Below are positions 16,334 to 25,510 of a DNA stretch of 64,000 nucleotides, piece by piece. How positions within the stretch are numbered: the stretch's first letter is position 1; each line of letters starts with the position of its first letter. The notes beneath the pieces were generated by a model. It searched no databases and had not been told where the DNA came from. It saw nothing but the letters and a program-made list of their open reading frames with translations. A program made the translations under genes and the position numbers. The DNA is taken from IMG/VR virus record IMGVR_UViG_3300020202_000070, positions 1,942 through 65,941 of that record. One strand, written 5' to 3'. This DNA is from a virus. Its lineage: Duplodnaviria > Caudoviricetes.

Positions 16334-19300
16334 ATGATCGCCCTCGCGCCGCGGTAGACGATCTCCGCCAGTTCGTCGGCCGTCGCCATGCGCTTGTTGC
16401 CCGCCGGGTCGGTGACGCCGTAGAAGGTCGTCTTCGACTTGAGGTCCGTCTTCCCCTCGCCGAAGTGGAACTGGTAGCCCATCTGTTCGAGCGCCGCCCG
16501 CATCGGGCCGACGTTGAGCCGCTTGCGGCTCCTCGGCAGCTTGACGTCGTGGGTCCGCTCGCCCGGCTGGGGCGGCATCTCGGCCAGTGACCCCCAGCCC
16601 GCGGGCGCCGCCCCGTCCCTCTTCAGCACGTCGGCGTGGCCGCCGTCCGTGCCCACCTCGACCCGCTCCTCGAACACCTCCGGGAGCGTCGCGCCCGGCG
16701 TGCCGGCGCGCTCCTCGGTCGGCCACAGCCCGCGCGCCTTGAACACCGCCGTACACTTCGGGAACTCGCGGGCGATCTGCGCGTGCGGCACGTCGGACGC
16801 GTACACGAGGCGGCCGAACTCGGCCATGCCCTCCTGGGGCTTGGTCGTCGCGTAATAGGAGAGGGGCGGCTCGCCGCGGTCGTAGGCGGCGGTGCCCTGG
16901 TCGATCTCGCTCTTGAACGCGTCGGCCCACTCCGGCGAGAAGCTGATCTCGTGGCCCGGCCCGTCGATGGCGTGCGTGAACTCGTGGGCGTAGAGGCCCG
17001 GCGCCTTGTCGAACCCCTCGACGTGGCGGCCGGGCTGGCGCGACTCCGCGTCGTTGTCGCCGTCCACGTGGACGTGCCGGAAGCCGTTCATGTACACGCC
17101 GCCGATCCGCTTCTTCTTCAGGAACGCGTACTGGTTGCGGACGAACTCCCGCTGCTCGGCGTCGAGCCCCGGCTGGTCGACGAGCTGCGCGATCATCGCC
17201 TCGGGGATGTCCGCGATCGACTTGTGGAACGTCACCCCCTCGAGGTTGGCGTGGACGCGGTCGAGCGCCGCCTTCGGCATGGTCTTCACCACACGGGCGA
17301 GCGCCCTGCCGTAGTGCTCGCGCTGGTCGTCGGTAAGGGGTGCGGCGTTGAGCGCGAGCACGAGCTTCCGCGCCGCCGGGTGCGGGCCGTCGTCCGGGGC
17401 CGGGGTTGGCTTCGGCTCCTCCTTCGGGGCCGCCCGCGCCAACTCGGCCTCGGCGTCCGCGAGGCGCTGGGCGTACTCGTCCACGACGGCGCGGCGGTCG
17501 TCGTACCCGCGGCCGAACTGCGGGCGATTGCCCGTCTTGGCCGCCTCCGGAAAGGCGCGGTCGAGTTCGGCCTTCGCCTCGGCGTGGAGGCGCTTGTAGC
17601 GGTCGCGGAGCTTCGTCAGGTGCTCGACGTCCGGCGGGGCGGCGGGCGTCGGCTCCTCCTTCGGAGCGGGCGCCGGCTTCTTGGCCGGCTTCCCCTTCGC
17701 CGCCTTCTTCTCCGCGTCCGCCTGTTTCTTCTTCTCCTTCGCCCTCGCCAGCAGGCCCGCGATCGCGTCGGCCTTCGTCTTGCCGAGCTTCGCGGCGTGC
17801 TCCTTCGCCAGGGCCACGACCTGATCCTTCTTCAGCGTGCCGAGCTGCTCGTTGAGCTTCTTGACCGCCGCCGGCGTCAGCTTCGCCGCGTCGCCGGAAA
17901 GCTGCGCCTTCACCGCCGCCACGGTCGCGGCCGGGTCGGGCTTGGCGGCTTTGGCGGCCGGCTTGGCCGCGGACCTCTTCGGCTCCGGCTTCGCGCCCTT
18001 GCCCTGCGGTGCGGGCTTCTCCTTCGCGGCCGGCTTCTTCGCACCGCCTTCGCTGCCGCTCGGTGCCTTCGCGGGCACGACGCGGCCGTTCTTCTTCGTG
18101 AACCACCGGCCGCTCTGGCCCTTCCAGACGGCGCCCTCCTCGCGCGCCGGGCCGGCCTCGAGCAGGTCCGCGGCAAACGACTCCAGGAGCGACTCGAACG
18201 CCGCGAAGGGGTCGTTCGGCTCCTCGCCCGGCGTCGGCTTCGGTGCGGGCGTCTGCACTCCCCCGCCCCCGCCCGGCCCGCCGCCCTGGTCCGGCGGAAC
18301 TTCCGTCGGCAGCGGCTGGCCCGGCGTGCCGTGCTCCTCCTGGTACACGCGGTTGTCGGCCTCGATCTGGTCGTAGTCGCGGCCCTGGCGCTGGGCGAAC
18401 TGCTGGCGGCTGTCGAGGTCGAGCGGAATCTCGATCTGCGCCCGCTGGGTCTCCACCAGCTTGTTCCGCGTCTCCGGGCTGGGCGCCTCGACCAGAAGGT
18501 CGATGAGCGGCTCCAGCTCCTCCCAGGTGCAAACCTTGTAGCTGCCGCCCTCTTGCGGAACCCGCAGGCCGTGCGTGCGGACGTAGTGCCGCAGCGCGTA
18601 CCAGATCGGCTTCTTGAACGCCTCGCGGTAGCCGCGCTGCTCCTGTAGCACGCGGCGCACGAACGGCGACTCGGCGGTGAGCGAACTGGCGTAGTTGTTG
18701 TTGGACGCGTCGGCCGAAATGAGCCACTCGAACCCGTTCCACTTGACGACCGCGCCGCGCAGGCACGCCTGCAACACCTGAATGTGGATGGGCGTGCTCG
18801 TGGCGATCGGACCGGGGACGTACTGCATCCCCTTCGGGATGTCCTCCCACGAGCCGCGGCGGTGCCGGCGGATCGGCTCCTGTGCGCCGGTGACCGGGTC
18901 GGTGCGGGTGAACTCGGCGTCGGCGCCCACGAACGCCTGCACGTCCTCCTCGGCGGCCGTCTCGTGCTGACGGACGGCCACGATCGCGGCCTGCTGCGCC
19001 GCCGTGTCGCCGAGGTTCGTCTGCAGCCGGCCGGCGAGGTAGATGGCGTCGTAGGCGCCGAAGCAGAACTCGGTGACGCCGCGCTTCATCGACCGCCGCA
19101 CGTTGCGCCGGTAGTGGGTCACCTCGTCGGGGTCGTACTCGTCGCCCTCGGCGGGGCCCTCGCCGAACTGGAAGTAGTACTTGAGCACCCGCTGCACGTC
19201 GTCCCGCGGCGTGCAGACGCCGAAGCCGTACTCGCGAGCGTCCGAGCCCGGCGGCTGCGTCAGCTGCTCGCACTCCTGGGTACGGAAGTCGGTCCACCCG

Positions 19301-19911
19301 TCGTCGCGCGGGTGGTGCGTCAGCAGGAACTCGCCGTCCTCCAGGCTGCGCTCGAACAACTCCGGCTCCATCGCCGGCTGCTCGCCGCCGTGCCACTGGT
19401 TCATGCGCAGGATCTCGTCCACGACCCGCTGGGCCGCGTCGATCACCTCCTGCTCGACCTGCTGCCGCTTCTGCCGTTTGGCGATCCGGTACGTGCAGCC
19501 GGAGGAGACGACGTAGCTGGACAGGCCGTGGACCATGCCCTGCGCGTAGGTGTTGGTCGCGACGAGCAGCCGCGCCGGGGCGCGGAGGAGCGACAGCTCG
19601 GCCTCGGTCTGGTAGACGGGCCAGTTGCGCCCGGCCTTGCGGTGCCAGTACGCCGCGGGGCCGCTCACCAAGGGGTCGCCGGTGTGGCGGGCCAGGTCGA
19701 GCAATTCGGCGTAGGGCGTGACCCAATCGAGCGAGAGGCTCTCGCGCAGTTCGCGGCGGTGCTCGGCCGCGTAGGCGCGGGCCAGCCGCCGGGCGCGCAG
19801 CCGCTCGGCGGCGAGGCGGTTCTCCTCGCGCAAGCGCAGCAGTTCGGCGCGGGAGGTGCGAACGCCCGCACCGAGGAGGCGGGCGTGGCCGTTGCCGTTG
19901 GCCGTGGACAT
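16330..19911 (-). CDS. Portal protein with a long C-terminal extension carrying a zincin (anthrax-LF-like) metallopeptidase
   Basis: N-terminal ~540 aa portal-like (DGEFLL, ADASNNNYASS) downstream of terL; C-terminal HEFTH...SPEW...SYYATTKPQEGMAE. Confidence 0.85.
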   Translation of the reverse strand: MSTANGNGHARLLGAGVRTSRAELLRLREENRLAAERLRARRLARAYAAEHRRELRESLSLDWVTPYAELLDLARHTGDPLVSGPAAYWHRKAGRNWPVYQTEAELSLLRAPARLLVATNTYAQGMVHGLSSYVVSSGCTYRIAKRQKRQQVEQEVIDAAQRVVDEILRMNQWHGGEQPAMEPELFERSLEDGEFLLTHHPRDDGWTDFRTQECEQLTQPPGSDAREYGFGVCTPRDDVQRVLKYYFQFGEGPAEGDEYDPDEVTHYRRNVRRSMKRGVTEFCFGAYDAIYLAGRLQTNLGDTAAQQAAIVAVRQHETAAEEDVQAFVGADAEFTRTDPVTGAQEPIRRHRRGSWEDIPKGMQYVPGPIATSTPIHIQVLQACLRGAVVKWNGFEWLISADASNNNYASSLTAESPFVRRVLQEQRGYREAFKKPIWYALRHYVRTHGLRVPQEGGSYKVCTWEELEPLIDLLVEAPSPETRNKLVETQRAQIEIPLDLDSRQQFAQRQGRDYDQIEADNRVYQEEHGTPGQPLPTEVPPDQGGGPGGGGGVQTPAPKPTPGEEPNDPFAAFESLLESFAADLLEAGPAREEGAVWKGQSGRWFTKKNGRVVPAKAPSGSEGGAKKPAAKEKPAPQGKGAKPEPKRSAAKPAAKAAKPDPAATVAAVKAQLSGDAAKLTPAAVKKLNEQLGTLKKDQVVALAKEHAAKLGKTKADAIAGLLARAKEKKKQADAEKKAAKGKPAKKPAPAPKEEPTPAAPPDVEHLTKLRDRYKRLHAEAKAELDRAFPEAAKTGNRPQFGRGYDDRRAVVDEYAQRLADAEAELARAAPKEEPKPTPAPDDGPHPAARKLVLALNAAPLTDDQREHYGRALARVVKTMPKAALDRVHANLEGVTFHKSIADIPEAMIAQLVDQPGLDAEQREFVRNQYAFLKKKRIGGVYMNGFRHVHVDGDNDAESRQPGRHVEGFDKAPGLYAHEFTHAIDGPGHEISFSPEWADAFKSEIDQGTAAYDRGEPPLSYYATTKPQEGMAEFGRLVYASDVPHAQIAREFPKCTAVFKARGLWPTEERAGTPGATLPEVFEERVEVGTDGGHADVLKRDGAAPAGWGSLAEMPPQPGERTHDVKLPRSRKRLNVGPMRAALEQMGYQFHFGEGKTDLKSKTTFYGVTDPAGNKRMATADELAEIVYRGARAII

Positions 19912-19942
19912 GCCCCGAAAGTACCGGGGCGGGGGTGGCCGG
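19912..19942 (-). promoter_or_regulatory. Leaderless promoter (CCGGCC-N13-TACTTT-N6-ATG)
   Basis: Shared late-gene motif. Confidence 0.6.
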
Positions 19943-19944
19943 GG

Positions 19945-20562
19945 CTAAGAGGTGGCCGGTATGACGTGCGGAGCGTCGGCCTTCGGGGCCTCCGCCCGCA
20001 CCGACTCGAAGTGCCGCCGGATGCCGTCCCACAGTCGGCCGCTGATGGGGTGCGCCTCGTACAGCACCGCGAACAGCTCGCCGTACCGCACGCCGAAGCG
20101 GTCGGCCCAATCGGCGACGGGCTGGCCGCTGGCGGCGATGTGGTCGCGGAGTGCCTTCGCCATGCCGGCGTCGATGCGCGCCTGCTCGACCCGGAACTGC
20201 CGCACGGTCTGGAGCAGCTCGTCCAGGTCGGGCGCCTCGGCGGTGGTCGTGGTGGTGCCGGCGGTGTTGTAGGTCGCCGGCCCGTCCGGCACCCCGGACG
20301 CGGCGGCCTCCGCCATGATCGCCGCGACGACGCGATCCGCGGCCCGCTGTGCCGCCGCGGCAGCGCGTTCGTCGGGCGTGGTGCCGGGGACGCGCGGCAG
20401 CTCCCGCGGCGCGGCGCAGGCGTTCAGCTTCTCGCACTCCGCGCGGGCCTGCGCCGCGGTGCCGACGGGGCCGAAGGCGGCATTCGTCCGCAGGCCCATG
20501 ACGCACCACTCGTCGTCGGGCCGGCCCGTGACGCGGACGGGGATCCAGTCGCCTGCGGCCAT
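19945..20562 (-). CDS. Hypothetical protein
   Basis: ATG 2 nt after the terL stop. Confidence 0.55.
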   Translation of the reverse strand: MAAGDWIPVRVTGRPDDEWCVMGLRTNAAFGPVGTAAQARAECEKLNACAAPRELPRVPGTTPDERAAAAAQRAADRVVAAIMAEAAASGVPDGPATYNTAGTTTTTAEAPDLDELLQTVRQFRVEQARIDAGMAKALRDHIAASGQPVADWADRFGVRYGELFAVLYEAHPISGRLWDGIRRHFESVRAEAPKADAPHVIPATS

Positions 20563-20564
20563 CG

Positions 20565-22055
20565 TCACTTCCTCGCCGGGTGTTTGCCGTTCCACAGCCG
20601 CACGGCCAGCCGCCGGGCGTACTCCAGCGCGTCGGGGCCGTCGTCGAAATCGGCCACCGGGAACTCCTGGAGTTGGCGCACCAGCATACGCGTTCCGGGC
20701 GTCGCGCGGAAGCGGATGTTCTTGCGGGTGACGTCGGCCGAGAGCCGGCGGATGCGCACCTCCTTCGGCACGTTGCCGGTGAGCATCTTGTACATCGGCA
20801 GGGCGAAGCCGGCGGCCCGCGTCTGCCGCACGAACTCGTCGGCGAGCAGTTCCTGGAACTGGTCGCTCTCGCACCCGAAGCCCTCGAGGTCGAGGCCCGT
20901 CTCCTCCTGCACCCGCCGGGCGAACTCGATGCCGTCGGTCACGATCCGCGGCGTCGGCCGGCGGGCGAGGTCCGCCTCCACCCACAGCCCGCCGGCGCGG
21001 TCGCGGGCCAGGGCCACGAGCGCCGAGTAGTCGCCGTGGGCGGCATCCTTGCCCTTCGACGGGTCGAGCGCGATCACGAGGAGCTGGAGGTCATCGGCCG
21101 GCGGCCAGTCGTCGAACCAGATCGAGTTGGGGAAGCACGCCGCGTCCCACTCGGTGCCGCCCTCGGCGCGCGGATCCTGCTGGTCGAGGGCGTAGAAGTC
21201 GCGCGGCTCGAGCTTGCGCCTCTGCTCCCACTCCTCGGCCGTGCGGAACCACGGCCAGAGCGACTCGCCGGGCAGCCGCCAGTCCTCGGGGTGCGGGGCG
21301 TCGGTGGCGAGGGCCGGCAGGGTGAGCACGTCGAACGGCTCGCTCTCGCCGGCGGCGACCTTGCGCTTCAGCCGGCCGATCAGGTCGTCCTCGTGCCAGC
21401 GGGTCGCGGTGATGAGGATACCGGCCCCTTTGGCCTGCCGCGTGTGGAAGACGGACGTGTACCACCGCCACACCCGCTCGCGGTGCGCGGGGGAGTTCGC
21501 CTCCTCGCGGTCCTTGCAGTAGTCGTCGATGACGCCGTGGGTGAAGCCGCGGCCGGACAGGCCGCCGCCGATGCCGACCGCCTTGAAGCTGCCGCCGCCG
21601 GCGACGTCGAACAGGTCCGCCCGGTCGCGGTCCCGCCTGCCGAGGGTGAGGCCGGCGGCCGGGAACACCTCGCGGTAGCGGTCGCCGTCGAGGATCGTCC
21701 GCACGTCGCGGCTCATCTCGTTGGCCAGGTCCGCCGTGTGACAGGCCAGGACGACGCGGGCCTTCGGCACCTTGCCGAACAGGTACGCCGGCAGCCGGCG
21801 CGAGGTCGCCTCGCTCTTGCCGTGCCGGGGCGGCATCTCGACGATGACGCGCTTGCGCCGGCCGCGGGCGAAGTCGTCGATGTAGCGGTACAAGAGCTCG
21901 TGGTGCTTCCACCAGTCGTAGTCGGCCGGGGCGGTGAACTTGGCGAACGAGTACAGGTGCTCGCGCGAGCGGCGGACGGCCCGCTCGTGCAGCACCGCCC
22001 GCAGCGCGAGCTTAGACGCCCTGGAGGCGTCGGATTTCGGCGTCGAGGTCGTCAT
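20565..22055 (-). CDS. terL: Terminase large subunit
   Basis: MPPRHGKSE Walker A, GVIDD Walker B, TRWHEDDLIGRL, nuclease ALDPS...DYSA...DDGPDA. Confidence 0.95.
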   Translation of the reverse strand: MTTSTPKSDASRASKLALRAVLHERAVRRSREHLYSFAKFTAPADYDWWKHHELLYRYIDDFARGRRKRVIVEMPPRHGKSEATSRRLPAYLFGKVPKARVVLACHTADLANEMSRDVRTILDGDRYREVFPAAGLTLGRRDRDRADLFDVAGGGSFKAVGIGGGLSGRGFTHGVIDDYCKDREEANSPAHRERVWRWYTSVFHTRQAKGAGILITATRWHEDDLIGRLKRKVAAGESEPFDVLTLPALATDAPHPEDWRLPGESLWPWFRTAEEWEQRRKLEPRDFYALDQQDPRAEGGTEWDAACFPNSIWFDDWPPADDLQLLVIALDPSKGKDAAHGDYSALVALARDRAGGLWVEADLARRPTPRIVTDGIEFARRVQEETGLDLEGFGCESDQFQELLADEFVRQTRAAGFALPMYKMLTGNVPKEVRIRRLSADVTRKNIRFRATPGTRMLVRQLQEFPVADFDDGPDALEYARRLAVRLWNGKHPARK

Positions 22056-22500
22056 CGGTCGCGTCGGCGTACTGGATGGGGCCGCCGTTCTTGCCGGTGT
22101 GCTCGTGCTGCTGCTTCTCCACGTACCCGCGATCCTTGCCGAGCGTCTTCAAGATGAGCGTCACCGCCCACCCCTCGCCGGCCAAGACCGCGCGGTCGAG
22201 CGAACTCTCGGCGTTGTCCAGGCGCGTCTCGCGGGCGTCCTTGACCACGGCCTTCAGCTCGTCGTGGGCCTCGACGTAGCCCCAGACGGAGCCGCGGGTC
22301 ACGCCGAAGGAGCGGGCCACCGCGGCGAGGTTGCCGGCGTACTTCGGGATCGCCTCGCGCAGCGCCGCGACGGACAGGGGGCGGACCTGAACCGGGGCCG
22401 GGGGGCGCGCTGGTTTGTCCGGTTCGGCCGCCGGCGCCGGCGGAGCTTTCTTCGCCGCGGCCGGCCGCTTCGCGACGGGCTTCTTACGCTTCGCGCTCAC
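22012..22500 (-). CDS. terS: Terminase small subunit
   Basis: HTH (GNLAAVARSFGVTRGSV), LKTLGKDRGYVEKQQHEHTGKNGGPI; directly upstream of terL. Confidence 0.85.
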   Translation of the reverse strand: MSAKRKKPVAKRPAAAKKAPPAPAAEPDKPARPPAPVQVRPLSVAALREAIPKYAGNLAAVARSFGVTRGSVWGYVEAHDELKAVVKDARETRLDNAESSLDRAVLAGEGWAVTLILKTLGKDRGYVEKQQHEHTGKNGGPIQYADATDDDLDAEIRRLQGV

Positions 22501-23725
22501 AGGACAGGCCCTCGGCCTCGGCTCGGCGCAGGATGGTATCCGCCCATCGACAATCCAGTTCGCAGCCGTACACGGTTCGGTTCAGCCGGTGTCCCGCGAT
22601 CAGCGTGGTGCCGCTGCCGAGGAACGGGTCGTACACGACGTCGCCCTCGGCGCCGTGGTTGCGGATCGGCCGGGCCATGCACTCGATCGGCTTCTGGGTG
22701 CCGTGGTCGCTGTCGAAGGAGTCGTCCTTCTTCGGGATCTTCCACAGCGACGTCTGGCTCCGGTCGCCGCACCAGCGGGCCGTCGAGCCCTTCCGCACGG
22801 CGTACCAACACGGCTCGTGCTGCCAGTGGTAGTGGCCGCGGCTGATCACGTGGCCGTCCTTCGCCCACACGACCTGCAGCCGGATCTCGAACCCGGCCGC
22901 CTCGAGCGACGCCTGCACGCTGCTGGCATGCCGACCGGCATGCCAGCAGTACACCACGTCGCCGGGGAAGAGCTTCCACGCGTCGGTCCAGTCGGCGCGT
23001 TCGTCGTTGGCGACTCGGCCCAAACGCCGCTCGGCGTTTGGGCCGAGTGCGTCCTGCCGCCACTCCGGGTCATACTCCACGCCGTACGGCGGGTCCGTCA
23101 CCATCAGGAACGGCTTCGCGCCCGCGAACAGCCGCGCCACGTTCCCCTTCACCGTGCAGTCGCCGACCAGGAGCCGGTGCTTCCCGCCGATCACCCACAG
23201 CTCGCCCGGCTTCGTGCGCGTCGGCCCCTCCTCCGGCGTCGCGTCGAAGTCGTCGCCCCCGCCGCCGGCCGTCGCCCCTTCCGGCGCAATACCCGCGGCC
23301 GTGGCGAGCGACTCGAGCAGTTCGTTGATGGGGCCGCTGTCGGTGCTGACGCCCGCCAGGAGCGACGCCAGGGCCGCGGAATCGGCCTCGGCCAAAGCCC
23401 CGATCGGATCGAGTGTCGCGAGGATGAGGCGCTCCTGCTCCTCGGTCCAGCTCCCGATCACGACCGGCACCGGTGCGTCGCTCTTGGCCGCGAGCTTTTT
23501 CCGGGCGTGACCGTCCACGAGCCGGCCCGTCGCTTCATTGAGAAGCAGCACGCCGGCCCAGCCGACCTCGGCGATCACGTCCGCCAGGGCGTCGAGCTGC
23601 TTCTGCGGATGCGTCTTCCAGTTCGCGGGGTTGTCGGCCAGCTCCGAGGGCCTGCGGTATTCGAGCCGCAAGGGCTGAGGGGCCGGTTTCTTCGCCGCAC
23701 GCTTCGCTTGCTTCGCCTTCGCCAT
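22484..23725 (-). CDS. ParB-N domain plus N4/N6 DNA methyltransferase
   Basis: LVDGHAR; TDPPYG; HGTQKP; YDPFLGSGTT. Confidence 0.93.
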   Translation of the reverse strand: MAKAKQAKRAAKKPAPQPLRLEYRRPSELADNPANWKTHPQKQLDALADVIAEVGWAGVLLLNEATGRLVDGHARKKLAAKSDAPVPVVIGSWTEEQERLILATLDPIGALAEADSAALASLLAGVSTDSGPINELLESLATAAGIAPEGATAGGGGDDFDATPEEGPTRTKPGELWVIGGKHRLLVGDCTVKGNVARLFAGAKPFLMVTDPPYGVEYDPEWRQDALGPNAERRLGRVANDERADWTDAWKLFPGDVVYCWHAGRHASSVQASLEAAGFEIRLQVVWAKDGHVISRGHYHWQHEPCWYAVRKGSTARWCGDRSQTSLWKIPKKDDSFDSDHGTQKPIECMARPIRNHGAEGDVVYDPFLGSGTTLIAGHRLNRTVYGCELDCRWADTILRRAEAEGLSCEREA

Positions 23726-24070
23726 GCACTTGAGGCTACCGGCGGCGTGCGGCCGGGTCGCTTGGCGGCGGACCGCTAATGCGGGAGGAGGGGTATAGGT
23801 ACACCCCCGGTGTCTTCTAAGGGGATAAGGACAAGGAGGAGAGTACGAGGAGGATATTGTCTTAGGGGCCTACCGGGCTCGTCCCGCTACCGACCGTTCC
23901 CTTTAGGCAAGCTGCGCAATCCCGCCCCCGCCCGGAGGCTGCCTTTCTGGCAGCTTCGCCGCGCGTGAAACCAACCGCCTTCGTAATGACGGGGGTTGCC
24001 GGCGCGAAACGCCGCGAGCCGGCGCCGCGCGGGGCGGGCCGGCTTCGGGGTCGAGACGTGGGGCCGCGGG

Positions 24071-24337
24071 TCAGCCGGCCGGCGGTTGGTCCGCCGGGAC
24101 CATGTGCGGCTCCTCGCGGCTCAGGCGCATGATCCGCTCGAACTGCCAGACGACGTGTTCGACCTCGGCCCGCTCGATGAGCAGAGCGTGGTCCAGAACG
24201 ATGTGCTGGCCGTCCGGGTCGGGCAGGCCGCCGCCCTTGACCGACAGGGTGAGCGGCGGGGCTTCGAGCAGCTTCTTCAGCCGCGCGACAGTGGCCTCGA
24301 CCGTGAAGTCTTCGTTCGTGACGGGTACGGTGCTCAT
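24071..24337 (-). CDS. Hypothetical protein
   Basis: ATGA-coupled ORF, last of the early operon. Confidence 0.5.
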   Translation of the reverse strand: MSTVPVTNEDFTVEATVARLKKLLEAPPLTLSVKGGGLPDPDGQHIVLDHALLIERAEVEHVVWQFERIMRLSREEPHMVPADQPPAG

Positions 24338-24495
24338 GGCCTCTTGCTCTCCAGTCGTTCGACCTCTTTCTTCAACCCCTCGATCTCCGTCTCCAGCTTC
24401 GTGACCTCGTCTTCGATCCCGGCCTGCTCCCCCGGCCCCAGCGACGGTCGCGTGTAGTCGTGGCACTCGATCGGCTCGTAGAACGGCACCGGCAT
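24334..24495 (-). CDS. Small coiled-coil protein
   Basis: MPVPFYEPIECHDYT N-terminus shared with 53798-54352. Confidence 0.55.
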   Translation of the reverse strand: MPVPFYEPIECHDYTRPSLGPGEQAGIEDEVTKLETEIEGLKKEVERLESKRP

Positions 24496-24496
24496 C

Positions 24497-24694
24497 TCAG
24501 CTCCCCTCCACGATGTGCGGCGTGTCCGCCTCCCCGCTGTCGGGCGGCGCACCGTCGAGCTGCACGAGGTACTTCCACGACCCCTTCGGCCAATTCACCT
24601 TGAGTACCACCCTGCCGTCGGCCCGGTACTCAAGCACTTCCCAGGACGTGCAGCCGTGGAAGTGCCGCGCGACGAACGCTTCGATGTCGCTCAT
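24497..24694 (-). CDS. Small hypothetical protein
   Basis: ATGA-coupled ORF MSDIEAFVARHF. Confidence 0.55.
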   Translation of the reverse strand: MSDIEAFVARHFHGCTSWEVLEYRADGRVVLKVNWPKGSWKYLVQLDGAPPDSGEADTPHIVEGS

Positions 24695-25509
24695 ATCTGC
24701 TGGCCCTCGATCTCCCCACCGAGCAGTTCCTCCGGCCCCGGCCAGCGGTCGCCGGCGCGGCGCTGCAGGTCGAGCGCGACGGAGAGCGACAGCGCCGGCA
24801 AGAGGCGGGCGTCGCCGCACAGCTCCTCGCGGGAGAGCCCGTCGGGCCGCTCGGCGGCGGTCGGGCTGATCGCCGTGAGCCGCGTGGGCTGCGTGGGCCG
24901 GCCCGCGACCCCGGCGACGAGCGCGGCGTTGCGCGAGGGCAACTCCAGGTCGCCCGCCAGCCGCCAGCCCGGCGCGTCCGGCCCCGCGATCGTGAGCACG
25001 AGCCCCGGCACGTCGAGCACCTCGATCCGCTCCAGCGGGCACACCGCGAGCACCGCCGCCCCGACGCGGCGCCACTCGGCGAAGGTCAGCCGCAGACCGC
25101 AGAGCATGCCGCGCTCGTACACGGCCCGCGGGCCGACCGTGTGGCGCGGCAGCAGGCTCTTGCCGCCGACCCAATCGGGCATGTGCGCCGCCGTGAGCCG
25201 GTCGGGCTTGTAGGCGTCCTGGTCCCACGCGACCCGCTCCCACTCCCAGCCGAGCACCGCCTTGAGCTGGGCCGCGAGCGCCCGCGGCCCCGTCTCCTCC
25301 AGGTCGCGGGCGGCGTCGAAGAACATGCCGTCGGTCACCGGCTCCGTGCCGCGGAAGCGGCTGAGCGTCACGCCGGCCCACACGAAGCGGCCGAGCTGTC
25401 GCACGGCGGGGGTGTCGCTCTCGCGCAGGTGGTCGGCGTAGACCAGGCGCGCGGTGTCGTCCGCCGGCTGGGCGAGGCAGTGCGCGAGGAGTGTAGCGCG
25501 GTCGGTCAT
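24691..25509 (-). CDS. TIGR02996 domain protein
   Basis: MTDRATLLAHCLAQPADDTARLVYADHLRE. Confidence 0.85.
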   Translation of the reverse strand: MTDRATLLAHCLAQPADDTARLVYADHLRESDTPAVRQLGRFVWAGVTLSRFRGTEPVTDGMFFDAARDLEETGPRALAAQLKAVLGWEWERVAWDQDAYKPDRLTAAHMPDWVGGKSLLPRHTVGPRAVYERGMLCGLRLTFAEWRRVGAAVLAVCPLERIEVLDVPGLVLTIAGPDAPGWRLAGDLELPSRNAALVAGVAGRPTQPTRLTAISPTAAERPDGLSREELCGDARLLPALSLSVALDLQRRAGDRWPGPEELLGGEIEGQQI

Positions 25510-25510
25510 G

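Larger units (their letters stand above)
12743..18258. repeat. 21-bp perfect direct repeat (12743-12763 and 18238-18258) bounding a 5.5-kb cassette
   Basis: CTTCGGTGCGGGCGTCTGCAC at both sites, read in the same frame (VQTPAPK). Confidence 0.88.

Noticed and set aside
545-16357. Many long + strand ORFs opposite the structural genes (e.g. 545-2383, 6032-7648, 8043-10340, 13778-16357)
   Set aside because: Antisense shadow ORFs expected at this GC content; no motifs, and they overlap well-supported minus-strand genes.
17795-17806. 12-nt match (GCGTGCTCCTTC) between spacer 37587-37623 and the portal extension
   Set aside because: Flanks mismatch; not credible self-targeting.
14666-20509. 1947-aa ORF in the track
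   Set aside because: The first ~1390 aa are an Arg/Gly-rich shadow frame over the portal gene; only the part from ATG 16333 looks like real protein.
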